From: Candidatus Latescibacterota bacterium
Lineage (GTDB): Bacteria; Latescibacterota; UBA2968
DNA: 64,000 nt
Direction: 5' to 3'
NCBI GenBank assembly: GCA_965198115.1
Contig: OZ240241.1
Location: forward strand, 5,856,001-5,920,000
Shown: piece by piece, positions 18,290 through 28,129 of the stretch
How the letters are laid out: each line of letters opens with the position of its first letter
How positions within the stretch are numbered: position 1 is the stretch's first letter
Notes under the pieces: model-generated
Seen by the model: the letters and a program-made list of their open reading frames with translations, nothing else
Database searches by the model: none
Told to the model about the DNA's origin: nothing
Position numbers and translations under genes: made by a program

Positions 18290-19462
18290 ATGAAAATTGA
18301 ATCCATCGAGTTCCAGATCCTCGAAGGCGATCCGGTCGAACCCGAATGGCGTCCACTGCGAACGATGCGGGAGTATCCTGGGTCCCATAAAGTCCGGTTC
18401 GGTCATCGGCTCTACAGCGAAGAGGGTATCCGACTGGACCCACGACTGGCCTACACGTGTCTCATGCGGATCAGGACAGACGCGAATATCGAGACGATCG
18501 GCTCCTTCGACACCGGATGGGGAAAAGAGGATCTCGAGTGGGGTGCGCGGACGTTCAAAGTTCAGTGGGAGCCGGAGCTGGTCGGCTCCGATGCGCTTAA
18601 CCGTGAGTATATGTGGCACAAGATGTGGATGGCGCGTCGGTACTTTCACATGCATGCATCAACCGCGCCGCTGGTCTTGATCGATACGCTGCTCTGGGAC
18701 CTGGCGGGGCTGCACGCGAAGCTACCCGTCCACAAACTGCTCGGGGGGTTCAGGGATCGGGTGCCCGCGTACCTGACAGAGACGGGCATTCCCTACGAGG
18801 ACACGTTGAAGTCAGCCCAACGTGCGGTCGACGAAGGCTACCACGGCTTCAAGGATCACTCGATGCTGGGTGTCGAGACGAATCTCGCGCTGGCGAAGGA
18901 TATCCGCGACCTGGTCGGGGGTGACCTGGTGTTGATGCACGATCCCGTGCAGCAGTACTCGGTCGACGATGCGATCAAGGTGTCCCGCAGGCTCGAAGAA
19001 CTGGACTACATCTGGATCGAAGAGCCGCTGCAGGAGTTCGACATCAACGGGTTGAAACGATTGTCGGATGCGGTGGATCTGCCAGTGATGGCGCTCGAAT
19101 CGATTCAGGGGAACCCGTATCTCGCGACGCCCTACCTGGCGGCGAGTGCGATCGATATTGTGCGGCAAACCGGATTGGGCATCACGGGGCAGATGAAGCT
19201 GGCCAACCTGGCCGAGATGTTCGGAATGAATGCCCACGGCGGGCACCCACACGTCGTGGCTGCGATCCGCAATGACGACTGGTGGGAAGTGAGCGCGTGG
19301 CCGGCAACAGGGTCGGACCGTTCAATGGGAGGGTCGTTCCCGGGGTTGATCGGAGGAATGATGGAGATCCGGGACGGGTATATGTATGTTTCACAGGATC
19401 CTGGGCTGGGACGGTCGATCGATTGGGATCAGATCGAAGCCAGGACCATTATGAAAATATGA
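18290..19462 (+). CDS. Mandelate racemase-family enolase, tandem copy 3 (diverged)
   Basis: Same N-terminus and motifs; diverged loops and C-terminal third. Confidence 0.9.
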   Translation: MKIESIEFQILEGDPVEPEWRPLRTMREYPGSHKVRFGHRLYSEEGIRLDPRLAYTCLMRIRTDANIETIGSFDTGWGKEDLEWGARTFKVQWEPELVGSDALNREYMWHKMWMARRYFHMHASTAPLVLIDTLLWDLAGLHAKLPVHKLLGGFRDRVPAYLTETGIPYEDTLKSAQRAVDEGYHGFKDHSMLGVETNLALAKDIRDLVGGDLVLMHDPVQQYSVDDAIKVSRRLEELDYIWIEEPLQEFDINGLKRLSDAVDLPVMALESIQGNPYLATPYLAASAIDIVRQTGLGITGQMKLANLAEMFGMNAHGGHPHVVAAIRNDDWWEVSAWPATGSDRSMGGSFPGLIGGMMEIRDGYMYVSQDPGLGRSIDWDQIEARTIMKI

Positions 19463-19625
19463 AATTAGGGGCTTAGGAAATCGGCGGATCGATCGTCGTT
19501 GAATGCGTTCTTGTCTGTACGGTTAGATCACGATTGGGTGGTCAGCCGGCTTCACCCGGCTTCGCTACCCTAGCGTGGGGCTTCAGCCCCACCCACCAAG
19601 GGGCCCACGGCCACCGAGGCGAACA

Positions 19626-20828
19626 ATGGTGACAAGAGAAAACATCATTCGTAACCCACTGCTCGAAGACATCGACGATCCGATCCTCGCTCGTGCGCTT
19701 ATCGGGTCGACCGAAGAGCTAGCGACCGCGACGCGTCCCGCCTTTCTCGAGAATCCGCACTCACCTGTCACGTGGGGGCCGGAGGATTGGGAGACGCTGG
19801 AAGCCTCACGTGAAGACCTTTTCGACTGGTCATCTGTCGAGGCGCAGTTCGACTTCGACACGTTCCTGCGAGACGGATACGCGGTCCTCCGCGGCGTGAT
19901 GACGCCGGCTACGGTGAATGCGTGGACCGAAGCCGTTCAGTTCGGGCAACGGATCAACGATGCGCTGTTGAGAGCCGACTGGAATGAGATCGATTGGCTC
20001 GCCCTCGGTCGGAATCCTCCAGCGAAGTTTCTTTCGCAAGAGGACATAGAGCGTGCCACCGCGGGCAGCCAGAAGGCACCACAGTCGACTGACGAAGCGG
20101 GTGTCTTGACGCTTCGGATCAATAGTGTGTTCTCAGAGTACTTCCCATCCGGGCACGTCCCGTATCTGATGAACGTGCTGACGCACCCTCAGATGCTGGC
20201 GCTGGAACGTGCGTGCCTCGAGACAGAGGAGATCTATTTCGATCATAACCAGCTTCTGACGCGCCCACCAGGGTATCTCGGCGGAACCTGGCACAGCCAC
20301 CGCATCGGCGCCGGCTACGACGATGGTGTCGTCAGCCTGGAGGCCTATAGATCTCAGCCGAACGCGATTCTGACACTGTGCTATCCTCAAGGGTTCGAGA
20401 GTGAGAACGACGGTGGGCTGAAGATCGTGCGAGGTAGCCATCTATTCCGCGAACCGGACACGTGTCGCGCGCCGAGTGATGAAGAGTTGGCGGCGGGATG
20501 GATGAAAGAGCATCTACACCCCGTAACATCCGAACCATTGGAAATCGAGCACCTTTCGCTGGAACCTGGATCGGTTGTCTGCTGTCTGTCTCACGCGGCG
20601 CACGCAGTATCCCCAAAGGGGACGGATAAATCGACGCGCTGGTGCTCTTTGTACTGCTACAAGAAAGCGGATGTGAGTACTGGGCTCGTCCAACCTCCGA
20701 GCGCGATTCCTCCCGTGTGGGCGATGAAGGCCCAGCGAGGAGAGTTGCCCGGGGTACTCACCAAGTTGCTTCGCCACAGCTTCGATCGCGAGTTGACGGG
20801 CGGTCGAAAACTATTCGACGATGCCTGA
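19626..20828 (+). CDS. PhyH-like Fe/2OG dioxygenase
   Basis: FLRDGYAVLRGVM, WHSH, GGLKIVRGSH, PGSVVCCLSHAAHAV; start uncertain. Confidence 0.7.
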   Translation: MVTRENIIRNPLLEDIDDPILARALIGSTEELATATRPAFLENPHSPVTWGPEDWETLEASREDLFDWSSVEAQFDFDTFLRDGYAVLRGVMTPATVNAWTEAVQFGQRINDALLRADWNEIDWLALGRNPPAKFLSQEDIERATAGSQKAPQSTDEAGVLTLRINSVFSEYFPSGHVPYLMNVLTHPQMLALERACLETEEIYFDHNQLLTRPPGYLGGTWHSHRIGAGYDDGVVSLEAYRSQPNAILTLCYPQGFESENDGGLKIVRGSHLFREPDTCRAPSDEELAAGWMKEHLHPVTSEPLEIEHLSLEPGSVVCCLSHAAHAVSPKGTDKSTRWCSLYCYKKADVSTGLVQPPSAIPPVWAMKAQRGELPGVLTKLLRHSFDRELTGGRKLFDDA

Positions 20829-20897
20829 GACCCACACCTTTCCAATCCGCAAGCGTCGAGCATCTGCTCCGACTGCCACGGTCTGAACGGCCCATCT

Positions 20898-22907
20898 TTG
20901 TCTATCGCTCCTGAACGATCTCCCTCCACGGCTGACGACGCCTCCCGAGCCGAAGGCACATCCTTCATCACGAAGCGAGCGTTGATCGTTGGCGTCATCC
21001 TCGCCACTCTCATGCCGGTGTGGCCGACGTATACCAGTTTCATCCTCCACTCTACGCGAGCCGATCACTCGCATCTCTCGCTGGCGATGCTCATCCCGTT
21101 CGTGATTCTCTTGATCATCAACACGTTTCTCGAACGTTGGGGGATGGGATTCACCCCGACCGAGCTGTTGACGATCTGCTGCATCGGAATGGTGGCCGCC
21201 GTGATGCAGGGCGAGTTCTTCCTCGTCTGGTTCATGGGTATGCTGACGATGCCGTCTTACTTCGCGTCGCCGGAGAACCGATTCGAAGAACTGCTCCTTC
21301 CACATATGCCGGAATGGACGACGATCATCAACCGCTCGGTCGTTCAGGGGTTCTATGAAGGTATTGTCCCGGGAAGTCCCTTCCCCTGGCCCGAATGGGG
21401 ATCCGTGCTCTTCTGGTGGGGGGCGTTCATCGGGGCGGTGATGACGGTGAATCTGTGTCTCAGCGTCCTGCTCAGAAAGCAGTGGATGGAACACGAACGG
21501 TTGTCGTTTCCGGTCGCGTCCTTTCTGTTGGAGTTGACGGGCGTATCGGGGACGAGCGGGACGCTGATGACGCTCGTAAGGAACAAACTATTCAAAGCGG
21601 GCTTCCTGATTACCTTCGCCATCATCGCCTACAACGTCTCGACCTGGTTCACGATCGCGATGCCGATGATGCCCTTCCTGGCAGGCCGATACGGAAGGCA
21701 CGTGCTGCCCGTCGCTCCGGGTTTTCCCAGCCTGGTGACCACGTTCGTTCTTCTCACATTCTGCCTCGGCTATTTTACGAAGCTGGAAGTCTTGTTCAGC
21801 CTCTGGTTCTTCCATCTGGTTCAGATCGTGCAGGCGGGCATTTTCAACCGTATCGGTGTGGATATGGGAACGGTCGACCCCTGGAGCTCGAGTCATCCGG
21901 CGATCGGTTGGGAGACGTTCGGGGGGATGACCGTCTTTGTGTTGTGGGGATTCTGGATCGCCCGGCCCCACTTCCACGCTGTTCTCCGCAAGGCGTTTAT
22001 GAACGATGAGAAGGTTGACGACTCCGAGGAGCTCATGTCCTACCGGACAACGGTCATCCTGCTCATCGGTTGTGCGCTTTTCATCGTCTTTTGGTTGTCG
22101 CGCGCGGGTATGGACGTGTTGCCGATTCTGGGCTGGTGTTTCGCGATGCTGATTCTTCACGTCGGGATGTCACGGATCGTGGTCGAGAGTGGATTGGTCT
22201 ACCTGCGCGTCCCGATTACCGCGCAGGCGTTTACGTGGCACGCTTTCGGCATCGGGAATCTGGGCCCGGCAAGTGCGACGGTTCTGACGCTGACCAATAC
22301 CCTCGTGAGCGACGGAAAGACCGTTGGGATGACACAGATGGCGCACGTGCCGCGGCTGGGGATGGCGATGGCACGCAAGAGCCGAAAAGCCCTGGCGCCG
22401 GCTGTGCTGATTGGGACGATGCTGGGTGCGTCGGCCGCGATCGGGTTCTTGCTCTACCAGGGGTATTACGGGCCGGGGGCCTCCAATTTCGGAACGGGAA
22501 CCTTCAAGGGTGGGGGTGGCGCCGTGCTGTTCAGCAACATCGCGGTGGGACGCATCCAGGACGGGACGACTGCGACGGACTGGGATCGGATCGCCTGGAT
22601 GTTCGTTGGGGGTGGGTTTACGGCTGGACTCTACTATCTGCGGTATCGATTCACGGGGTTTCCACTCCATCCCATCGGATTCACGATCTGTGGGATGGTG
22701 GAGATGCAGGACAATGCGTTCAGCCTGTTTCTGATGTGGTTCGTGAAACTCATCATCATCAAGGTAGGCGGGTTGGAGCGATACCGGGAGTACACGCCCT
22801 TCTTCATCGGGATGATCATGGGCTACCTCGCGGGAATTACACTAGGCGTTACCGCAGACTTCTTCTTTTTCCCGGGAGAAGGCCACGAGATTCATTGTGA
22901 TCCCTGA
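20898..22907 (+). CDS. Polytopic membrane protein, DUF6785/OPT-like putative transporter
   Basis: 669 aa, many TM segments; LRKQWMEHERLSFP, FPLHPIG, GGLERYR..PFFIG motifs. Confidence 0.7.
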   Translation: MSIAPERSPSTADDASRAEGTSFITKRALIVGVILATLMPVWPTYTSFILHSTRADHSHLSLAMLIPFVILLIINTFLERWGMGFTPTELLTICCIGMVAAVMQGEFFLVWFMGMLTMPSYFASPENRFEELLLPHMPEWTTIINRSVVQGFYEGIVPGSPFPWPEWGSVLFWWGAFIGAVMTVNLCLSVLLRKQWMEHERLSFPVASFLLELTGVSGTSGTLMTLVRNKLFKAGFLITFAIIAYNVSTWFTIAMPMMPFLAGRYGRHVLPVAPGFPSLVTTFVLLTFCLGYFTKLEVLFSLWFFHLVQIVQAGIFNRIGVDMGTVDPWSSSHPAIGWETFGGMTVFVLWGFWIARPHFHAVLRKAFMNDEKVDDSEELMSYRTTVILLIGCALFIVFWLSRAGMDVLPILGWCFAMLILHVGMSRIVVESGLVYLRVPITAQAFTWHAFGIGNLGPASATVLTLTNTLVSDGKTVGMTQMAHVPRLGMAMARKSRKALAPAVLIGTMLGASAAIGFLLYQGYYGPGASNFGTGTFKGGGGAVLFSNIAVGRIQDGTTATDWDRIAWMFVGGGFTAGLYYLRYRFTGFPLHPIGFTICGMVEMQDNAFSLFLMWFVKLIIIKVGGLERYREYTPFFIGMIMGYLAGITLGVTADFFFFPGEGHEIHCDP

Positions 22908-22970
22908 GGTCGGGAGACCAGTAAGAAGGAATCAGGAAATTAGGGAGTTCCCCACATCAGTAGTCCGGTA

Positions 22971-23165
22971 GCACACCGTTCATCCTGAGTAGACGGCTAC
23001 GAGATACAGGTTCCGGATTCCCACAAAGCGGGCAGAGATCCGTCATATCGAAGGACGAACGGTGGACATTGCCACAGACCGCACTCCCTTCGATATGCGA
23101 ATCAAATTCTGTCATCTGAGGACGGAAACGGATCTCGGATGTCGCTACTCAGGATGAGCGGTGCG
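22971..23165. repeat. REP-like nested palindrome (second family)
   Basis: CACCGTTCATCCTGAGTAG...CTACTCAGGATGAGCGGTG outer arms, CATATCGAAGG...CCTTCGATATG inner arms; related sequence at ~26560-26705. Confidence 0.65.
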
Positions 23166-23217
23166 TCGGTTGTTCGGTCCTTGAGAATGGGAAGCATGGC
23201 ACGGATTCATGGATGCC

Positions 23218-23964
23218 TCACGATCCCAGCCTACTCGTAAAGCTCATCCCCAACACCTCCCTCGCCCTCGCGACATTACAATGCTGATCGGCGTCGGGTG
23301 ATCCGACGACGTGCAGAATATCGAAATCGATTCCCTCCTTCTCGATCGCCAACCGACAGGCCTCTGCGATGTCGTGGCGACAGACCCAACCCATTTCCCA
23401 CGTGCCCGGTTCGAAGGGCGGTCCGTCCTTACCTGAACCAAGCCGGCTGTCGATGATGCTGCACGGTCTCAGAACGACCTGCGACAGGCCGAAGGCGTCG
23501 TGGAATTGCCGACACATTTCCTCCTGTAGCCGTTTGGTGACGGCGTAGAGACTACCGTCGGGACGGCGAACGTCCGCGTTGAAGAACACGCCGTCGGGAT
23601 GCTCGACCTGGCACGATCCGATGTGGACCACGCGGGCGATATCGTTCTGCTGCGCCGATTCCAGGACGTTCCATAGGCCCTTCAGGTTGACCAGGAAAGG
23701 TGCCTCGCTGTCGACGCCGTAGTCATTCGCGTGGACGGCGGCGTGCACGACCGCGTCCATCCCACGGACGACCTCATCGACGTCCCCGTAGTCGGCTACG
23801 TCACCCTCGACGATGCGTCCGGCTGTCCACTCGCCCTCTCGCTTGTTGCCCGATATCCACGCGTCTTGTCCGCGATCGAAAGCCGTGACCTCGTGACCGG
23901 CGGACAGATTCGTTAAAATCGCGCGACCGAGCCAACCCGCTGCACCGAATACGACGATCTTCAT
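23218..23964 (-). CDS. NAD-dependent epimerase/dehydratase (extended SDR, uronate-dehydrogenase-like)
   Basis: MKIVVFGAAGWLG Rossmann motif, YAVTK (YxxxK); the ORF track's longer N-terminus is IS256 sequence. Confidence 0.85.
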   Translation of the reverse strand: MKIVVFGAAGWLGRAILTNLSAGHEVTAFDRGQDAWISGNKREGEWTAGRIVEGDVADYGDVDEVVRGMDAVVHAAVHANDYGVDSEAPFLVNLKGLWNVLESAQQNDIARVVHIGSCQVEHPDGVFFNADVRRPDGSLYAVTKRLQEEMCRQFHDAFGLSQVVLRPCSIIDSRLGSGKDGPPFEPGTWEMGWVCRHDIAEACRLAIEKEGIDFDILHVVGSPDADQHCNVARAREVLGMSFTSRLGS

Positions 23965-24002
23965 TGGGAAAATAGGAAATTGTAGAGACCGTAGGAATCC
24001 TG

Positions 24003-25390
24003 GGTCAAGTCCCATAGTCAGTTGAAACTCATCGGGCTCCGTGGTATTCATGCTCTCTGCCGAGCATCTTGATTGTCGCCGAGATTCAGGTTGTTTTTCA
24101 GTGCTTGCCTGAGCAGCGGGAGGTGTTTGTATCCGCTCACGCGTCGCAGGCGTGGTTCGATGTCGAGGAGTGCGGCCGCGACCCATCTGTGTCGCTGAGG
24201 AGAGTTGTTCCAGCGGTTGACCTTCCGTATCAGGTTGCCGGTCATGCTGTTGAGCGCCTCGATGCAATTGGTGGTTCGGAAGCTTCGCTTCAAGAACGGG
24301 AGCATCCCCAGCCGGTGGAGGGTCAGGGTTTCCTCCAGTCCTTCCTCGAGGCTTGCCACGGCAGACTGATTCATCAGCTTGAGTTCGGGTTTGAGTGATT
24401 CGAGTGCGGCCTTTGCCTCCTCGTAGGTGTCGCAGTCATAGGCTTTCTGAAGTTTCCGTCGAACTCTTGGACGTTCTGCCTCCGGGAGGTAGCTGACGAC
24501 GTTCTCGCGCTTGTGCCACTGACAGCGATGCACGCACACATCCCCTTTGAGGGCTTTGGTGACGGCACAGCGGAGTCCCTTTGAGCCGTCCAGCACAACG
24601 AGAAGGCCCTGGTCGTAGCACAGGCCTCTCCGGATGAGATCCTGGATCAGCTGACGGCAGATCCGTTCGTTCTCCGTCGCCGATTCGACGAAGCCCAGGG
24701 GGATCTTCTGGCCGTCCGTCGTGACGCCCAGAGCGATCACGATCTCTTCGTCGGCAAAGCTCTTTCCGTCGATGAACAGGGCGACCAAGTCGTAGTCGTC
24801 GAGCGGTCGTTCCTGGAACTGCTTCAGCTTCTTTGCGGTGGCTTTGATGAACCGTCGCGAGACGGAGGATGCCGAGATTCCGAACGCTTCGGGTACCGAC
24901 TCTGCACAGGCTCTGTAGTTGCGACAGGAGATTCCCTTGAGCACACGAAGCAGCAGCTTCTCATCCATCGCTCTGGGCCTCTGCATCCCCCGGTATGCGG
25001 CCAGAGAAACCTCCGTATCGGACTCGACGTCGCGCACACGGGGAACGGCCACCGGCAGCTTCTGGTCCATCAGATACACGGACCCTTTCTGGCTTCCCCA
25101 TCGACGATGCGACTGCTCTGAACCCTTACGCGCATACCGAACGCCTGCGAGCTGCTCCACCTCCTGCTGGAGCACGTCGGCAACGGCCTCCAGACCCAGC
25201 GGAATCAGCGCCCGGATCACCGATAAACGCGTCTCCAAATCCATAACGTCTGACCCAACCTTGACTTCGCCATCCCCTGCAAATAGCTTCTCCATCGTGG
25301 GCTCCTTTCTTACGGGTACACGCTCTCACACGTCTACCCACAACGTAAGTTTGGAGCCCTTTAAGTTTCAACTAGGATAGGGACCTCACC
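24003..25390 (-). mobile_element. IS256-family element, copy A (1388 bp)
   Basis: Imperfect TIRs GGTCAAGTCCC..AGTTGAAACT / GGTGAGGTCCC..AGTTGAAACT; 8-bp TSD GAATCCTG at 23995-24002 and 25391-25398. Confidence 0.95.
24048..25295 (-). CDS. IS256-family transposase
   Basis: LFIDG, VVLDGSKGL, HRCQWHK, RTTNCIE (mutator-type DDE). Confidence 0.95.
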   Translation of the reverse strand: MEKLFAGDGEVKVGSDVMDLETRLSVIRALIPLGLEAVADVLQQEVEQLAGVRYARKGSEQSHRRWGSQKGSVYLMDQKLPVAVPRVRDVESDTEVSLAAYRGMQRPRAMDEKLLLRVLKGISCRNYRACAESVPEAFGISASSVSRRFIKATAKKLKQFQERPLDDYDLVALFIDGKSFADEEIVIALGVTTDGQKIPLGFVESATENERICRQLIQDLIRRGLCYDQGLLVVLDGSKGLRCAVTKALKGDVCVHRCQWHKRENVVSYLPEAERPRVRRKLQKAYDCDTYEEAKAALESLKPELKLMNQSAVASLEEGLEETLTLHRLGMLPFLKRSFRTTNCIEALNSMTGNLIRKVNRWNNSPQRHRWVAAALLDIEPRLRRVSGYKHLPLLRQALKNNLNLGDNQDARQRA

Positions 25391-25444
25391 GAATCCTGCG
25401 GCTTGAGATCAAAGTGAACAATTACTGAATTGATAATTCCTGAT

Positions 25445-26455
25445 TTACGCAATTAGATTCTCTGTCCTAACCCAGAAGGGCGACTGACCGACATCGTAGC
25501 TATCGAACCGGGTGAGGTGACCATCCGCCTGGTCGATGTGGTAGGCGTTCATCGTGTTTGCCCCCTCGCCGGCGCAGTAGAGGAACGATCCCGTCGGGTC
25601 GATGTTGAAGGATCTTGGGCTGGCAGGGACCGACACGTGACCGAACGGATCGAGTGAGCCGTCGTCGGCGACGTTGAATCCGACGATGCTGTCGTGTCCG
25701 CGGTTGGACGCGTAGGCCCAACGGCCGTTCTCGTGGACTTCGATGTGAGCGGTGTGACCACCTTCAGTCCAATCAGACGGTAGTGTGGACAGGTGCTGGA
25801 AGATTTCGAGCGTCCCGGTGCTCGGATCCACACGATGTACCGTGACGGTATTGCCCTGTTCGTTGACGATGTAGGCGACATCGCCTTTTGGTCGGAGGCA
25901 GATGTGTCGTGGCCCCGTGTTGTCGTCAGGGGGCAGGAGCTCTGCGGGAGTGTTGGCTGTCAGTTGGCCCGATCCTGCCTCGAACAGGAATTGGGCCGTC
26001 TTGTTGTTCGGGCAGACGTGCGGCACGAAGACGAATCGATCCTCGTAGGACAGAACCGCGTGAGCTTTCTCTCCGGTGTCGATATATTGCAGTTGCTCGC
26101 CGATCGAGCCGTCGGCGTCGAGACGATGCACGGTGACGCCGCCTGCACCGTAGTAACCGGTGATCAGGAACTTGCCGTCACCGGCCGTGATGAGGTGAGC
26201 GGGGATCACATAACCGGTTTGGACCTTGTTGATGAGCGTGAGCTCGCCACTATCTGCGTCCAACGCGTAGCTGGCCAGATCGGTTGAGCCGACGTGGGCG
26301 GAGTAGAGGACCTTTTCGTTCGGGTGCAACTCAAGCGCTCCCGTTGGTCCGTGGGCGTCGCTTGTCGTGCGAAGCTCGAGCGCGCCGGACGCGTCGATGT
26401 CGTAGAGCTTGATCTGTTCGTCACCGGTGAGAGATACGAAGACAACATTGGACAT
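25445..26455 (-). CDS. Lactonase (6-phosphogluconolactonase/Pgl-like seven-bladed propeller)
   Basis: GPRHI, YASNRGHDSI, PRSFNIDPTG; ATG 26455 with AAGGAG SD. Confidence 0.88.
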   Translation of the reverse strand: MSNVVFVSLTGDEQIKLYDIDASGALELRTTSDAHGPTGALELHPNEKVLYSAHVGSTDLASYALDADSGELTLINKVQTGYVIPAHLITAGDGKFLITGYYGAGGVTVHRLDADGSIGEQLQYIDTGEKAHAVLSYEDRFVFVPHVCPNNKTAQFLFEAGSGQLTANTPAELLPPDDNTGPRHICLRPKGDVAYIVNEQGNTVTVHRVDPSTGTLEIFQHLSTLPSDWTEGGHTAHIEVHENGRWAYASNRGHDSIVGFNVADDGSLDPFGHVSVPASPRSFNIDPTGSFLYCAGEGANTMNAYHIDQADGHLTRFDSYDVGQSPFWVRTENLIA

Positions 26456-26725
26456 TGGAATCTCCTTTCGTGAGGGTTCCAATTTAGGGAAACCACGAAA
26501 CACACGAAAGACGTGAACCGGGACCCGCGAACCGGGAAGCGGTCGGAGCGCACCGTTCGCCCTTCGATACAACCTGCCGTGAATCACGGTGTGGGGCTAC
26601 GCGGAGTATGGCTTCCCCGACGAGGTCACCCAGGGTGAACGGTGGTGAAATCGTCTCTATTCATCTGCCTGCCCTGAGTAGGCGCGCAGGGCCGTGCCGA
26701 AGGGTGGTTTCAACCCGGGCTAAGA

Positions 26726-28129
26726 ATGCCTGAAGAAGTCAACTACGCGAGCTGGCCTCAGCACGTCGGGCGGTTCCTCGACATAGGCGATCGCAAGCAG
26801 CTGTTTCTGGACGATGAGTTTCTCGTCGAGCGATCCGAGGGGATCCGATACGTCGTCAACAAACCCACGAAACATCGGGCCAATCCGCTGATTATTCCAG
26901 ACAAGCCGTGGGAGAACGTCTTACAGCACTATGGATCGGTGCTGTGGGATGAGGCCGCATCGACATTCCGGATTTGGCACACGTGCCGGACTACCCGGCA
27001 CGGGAGCGATAATGCCGTGGCCGTCGGCTACGCCGTGTCGCCGGATGGCGTCACGTGGGAAAAGCCCGGGCTGGACATCCTGGACTATGAGGGTTCGACA
27101 GAGACCAACATGGTTCTGGATATGGGGCCCGGTGGTAGCGGAGGCGTATGTGTGCTCGATACGCCTTGGGACGAACCAACAAAGCGTTATAAGATGCTCT
27201 ACAAGACGATCGAAGAGGGCGGAGGCCTCCAAGTGGCCTTCTCGGTGGATGGTGTTCACTGGGAGAAACACACGAAGACAGTGCTCGAAGGGGTTTTCGA
27301 TACGTTCAACGTTGCTCTTTGGGATGGCGATCGCTACGTGGCCTACGTGCGGATCAATCAGAGACCGAGAAAGCGTTTCAGGGCGCTGGGTCGGATCGAA
27401 TCGGAGGATTTCATCCACTGGACGAAACCGACGATCGTCCTGGGTCCCGACGACAACGACCCTGAAGACTCGGATCTGTATACATCTGCGGCGTTCAAGT
27501 ACGACGAAGCCGAAAGAGCCTATTTCATGTTTCCGAGTCTGTTCGATTGGCGGACCGGGCAGCTGACCCCGCAGCTGGCGACGAGCCGAGACAACCTGAA
27601 CTGGCGTCGGGCGGGTAACCGAGAGGCCGTGATTCCGCTAGGGCCCCCGGATAGCTTCGAATCGCAGGAGATTATGGTCGGGGCACCCCCTGTCGTCAAA
27701 GACGACAAGGTCTACGTCTACTATCACGGCGAAAATCGACCCCACTGGAGCGGCACCGGGGCACCGTTCGAGATGGAGAGCGGTATCGCGCTGGCGACTT
27801 ACAGATTGGACGGATTCGTTTCGATCGAGGCGGGGGACAAGCCCTACGGCGGGAGCGTGACGACCATCCCCATCCAATTCTCGGGATCCCGCCTTGAAAT
27901 CAACGCCGATGCGACGTGGGGCGAAATTAGAGTCGAAATTCTGGATGATGCAAATAAGGTAATCGAGGGTTACGAAGTCGAGACTTGCAAGCCGGTGATG
28001 GGCGACTCCGTGCGTCACCGAGTTACGTGGGCGAATGCAAGCGTCGGCAGTCTGATCGGTAACACGGTGAAGTTGCGGTTTTACCTGACGGCTTCGAGAC
28101 TTTACGCGTTCCAGTTCGTTCAACGATGA
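26726..28129 (+). CDS. GH32-like beta-propeller hydrolase
   Basis: NPLIIPDKPWE, YAVSPDGVTWEKP, SEDFIHW, RLDGFVS, LYAFQF. Confidence 0.7.
   Translation: MPEEVNYASWPQHVGRFLDIGDRKQLFLDDEFLVERSEGIRYVVNKPTKHRANPLIIPDKPWENVLQHYGSVLWDEAASTFRIWHTCRTTRHGSDNAVAVGYAVSPDGVTWEKPGLDILDYEGSTETNMVLDMGPGGSGGVCVLDTPWDEPTKRYKMLYKTIEEGGGLQVAFSVDGVHWEKHTKTVLEGVFDTFNVALWDGDRYVAYVRINQRPRKRFRALGRIESEDFIHWTKPTIVLGPDDNDPEDSDLYTSAAFKYDEAERAYFMFPSLFDWRTGQLTPQLATSRDNLNWRRAGNREAVIPLGPPDSFESQEIMVGAPPVVKDDKVYVYYHGENRPHWSGTGAPFEMESGIALATYRLDGFVSIEAGDKPYGGSVTTIPIQFSGSRLEINADATWGEIRVEILDDANKVIEGYEVETCKPVMGDSVRHRVTWANASVGSLIGNTVKLRFYLTASRLYAFQFVQR

Noticed and set aside
23964-24267. N-terminal extension of the SDR (likewise ORFs 53123-54271 and 28599-28868)
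   Set aside because: The extensions are read-through from IS or overlapping-gene sequence; family homology starts downstream
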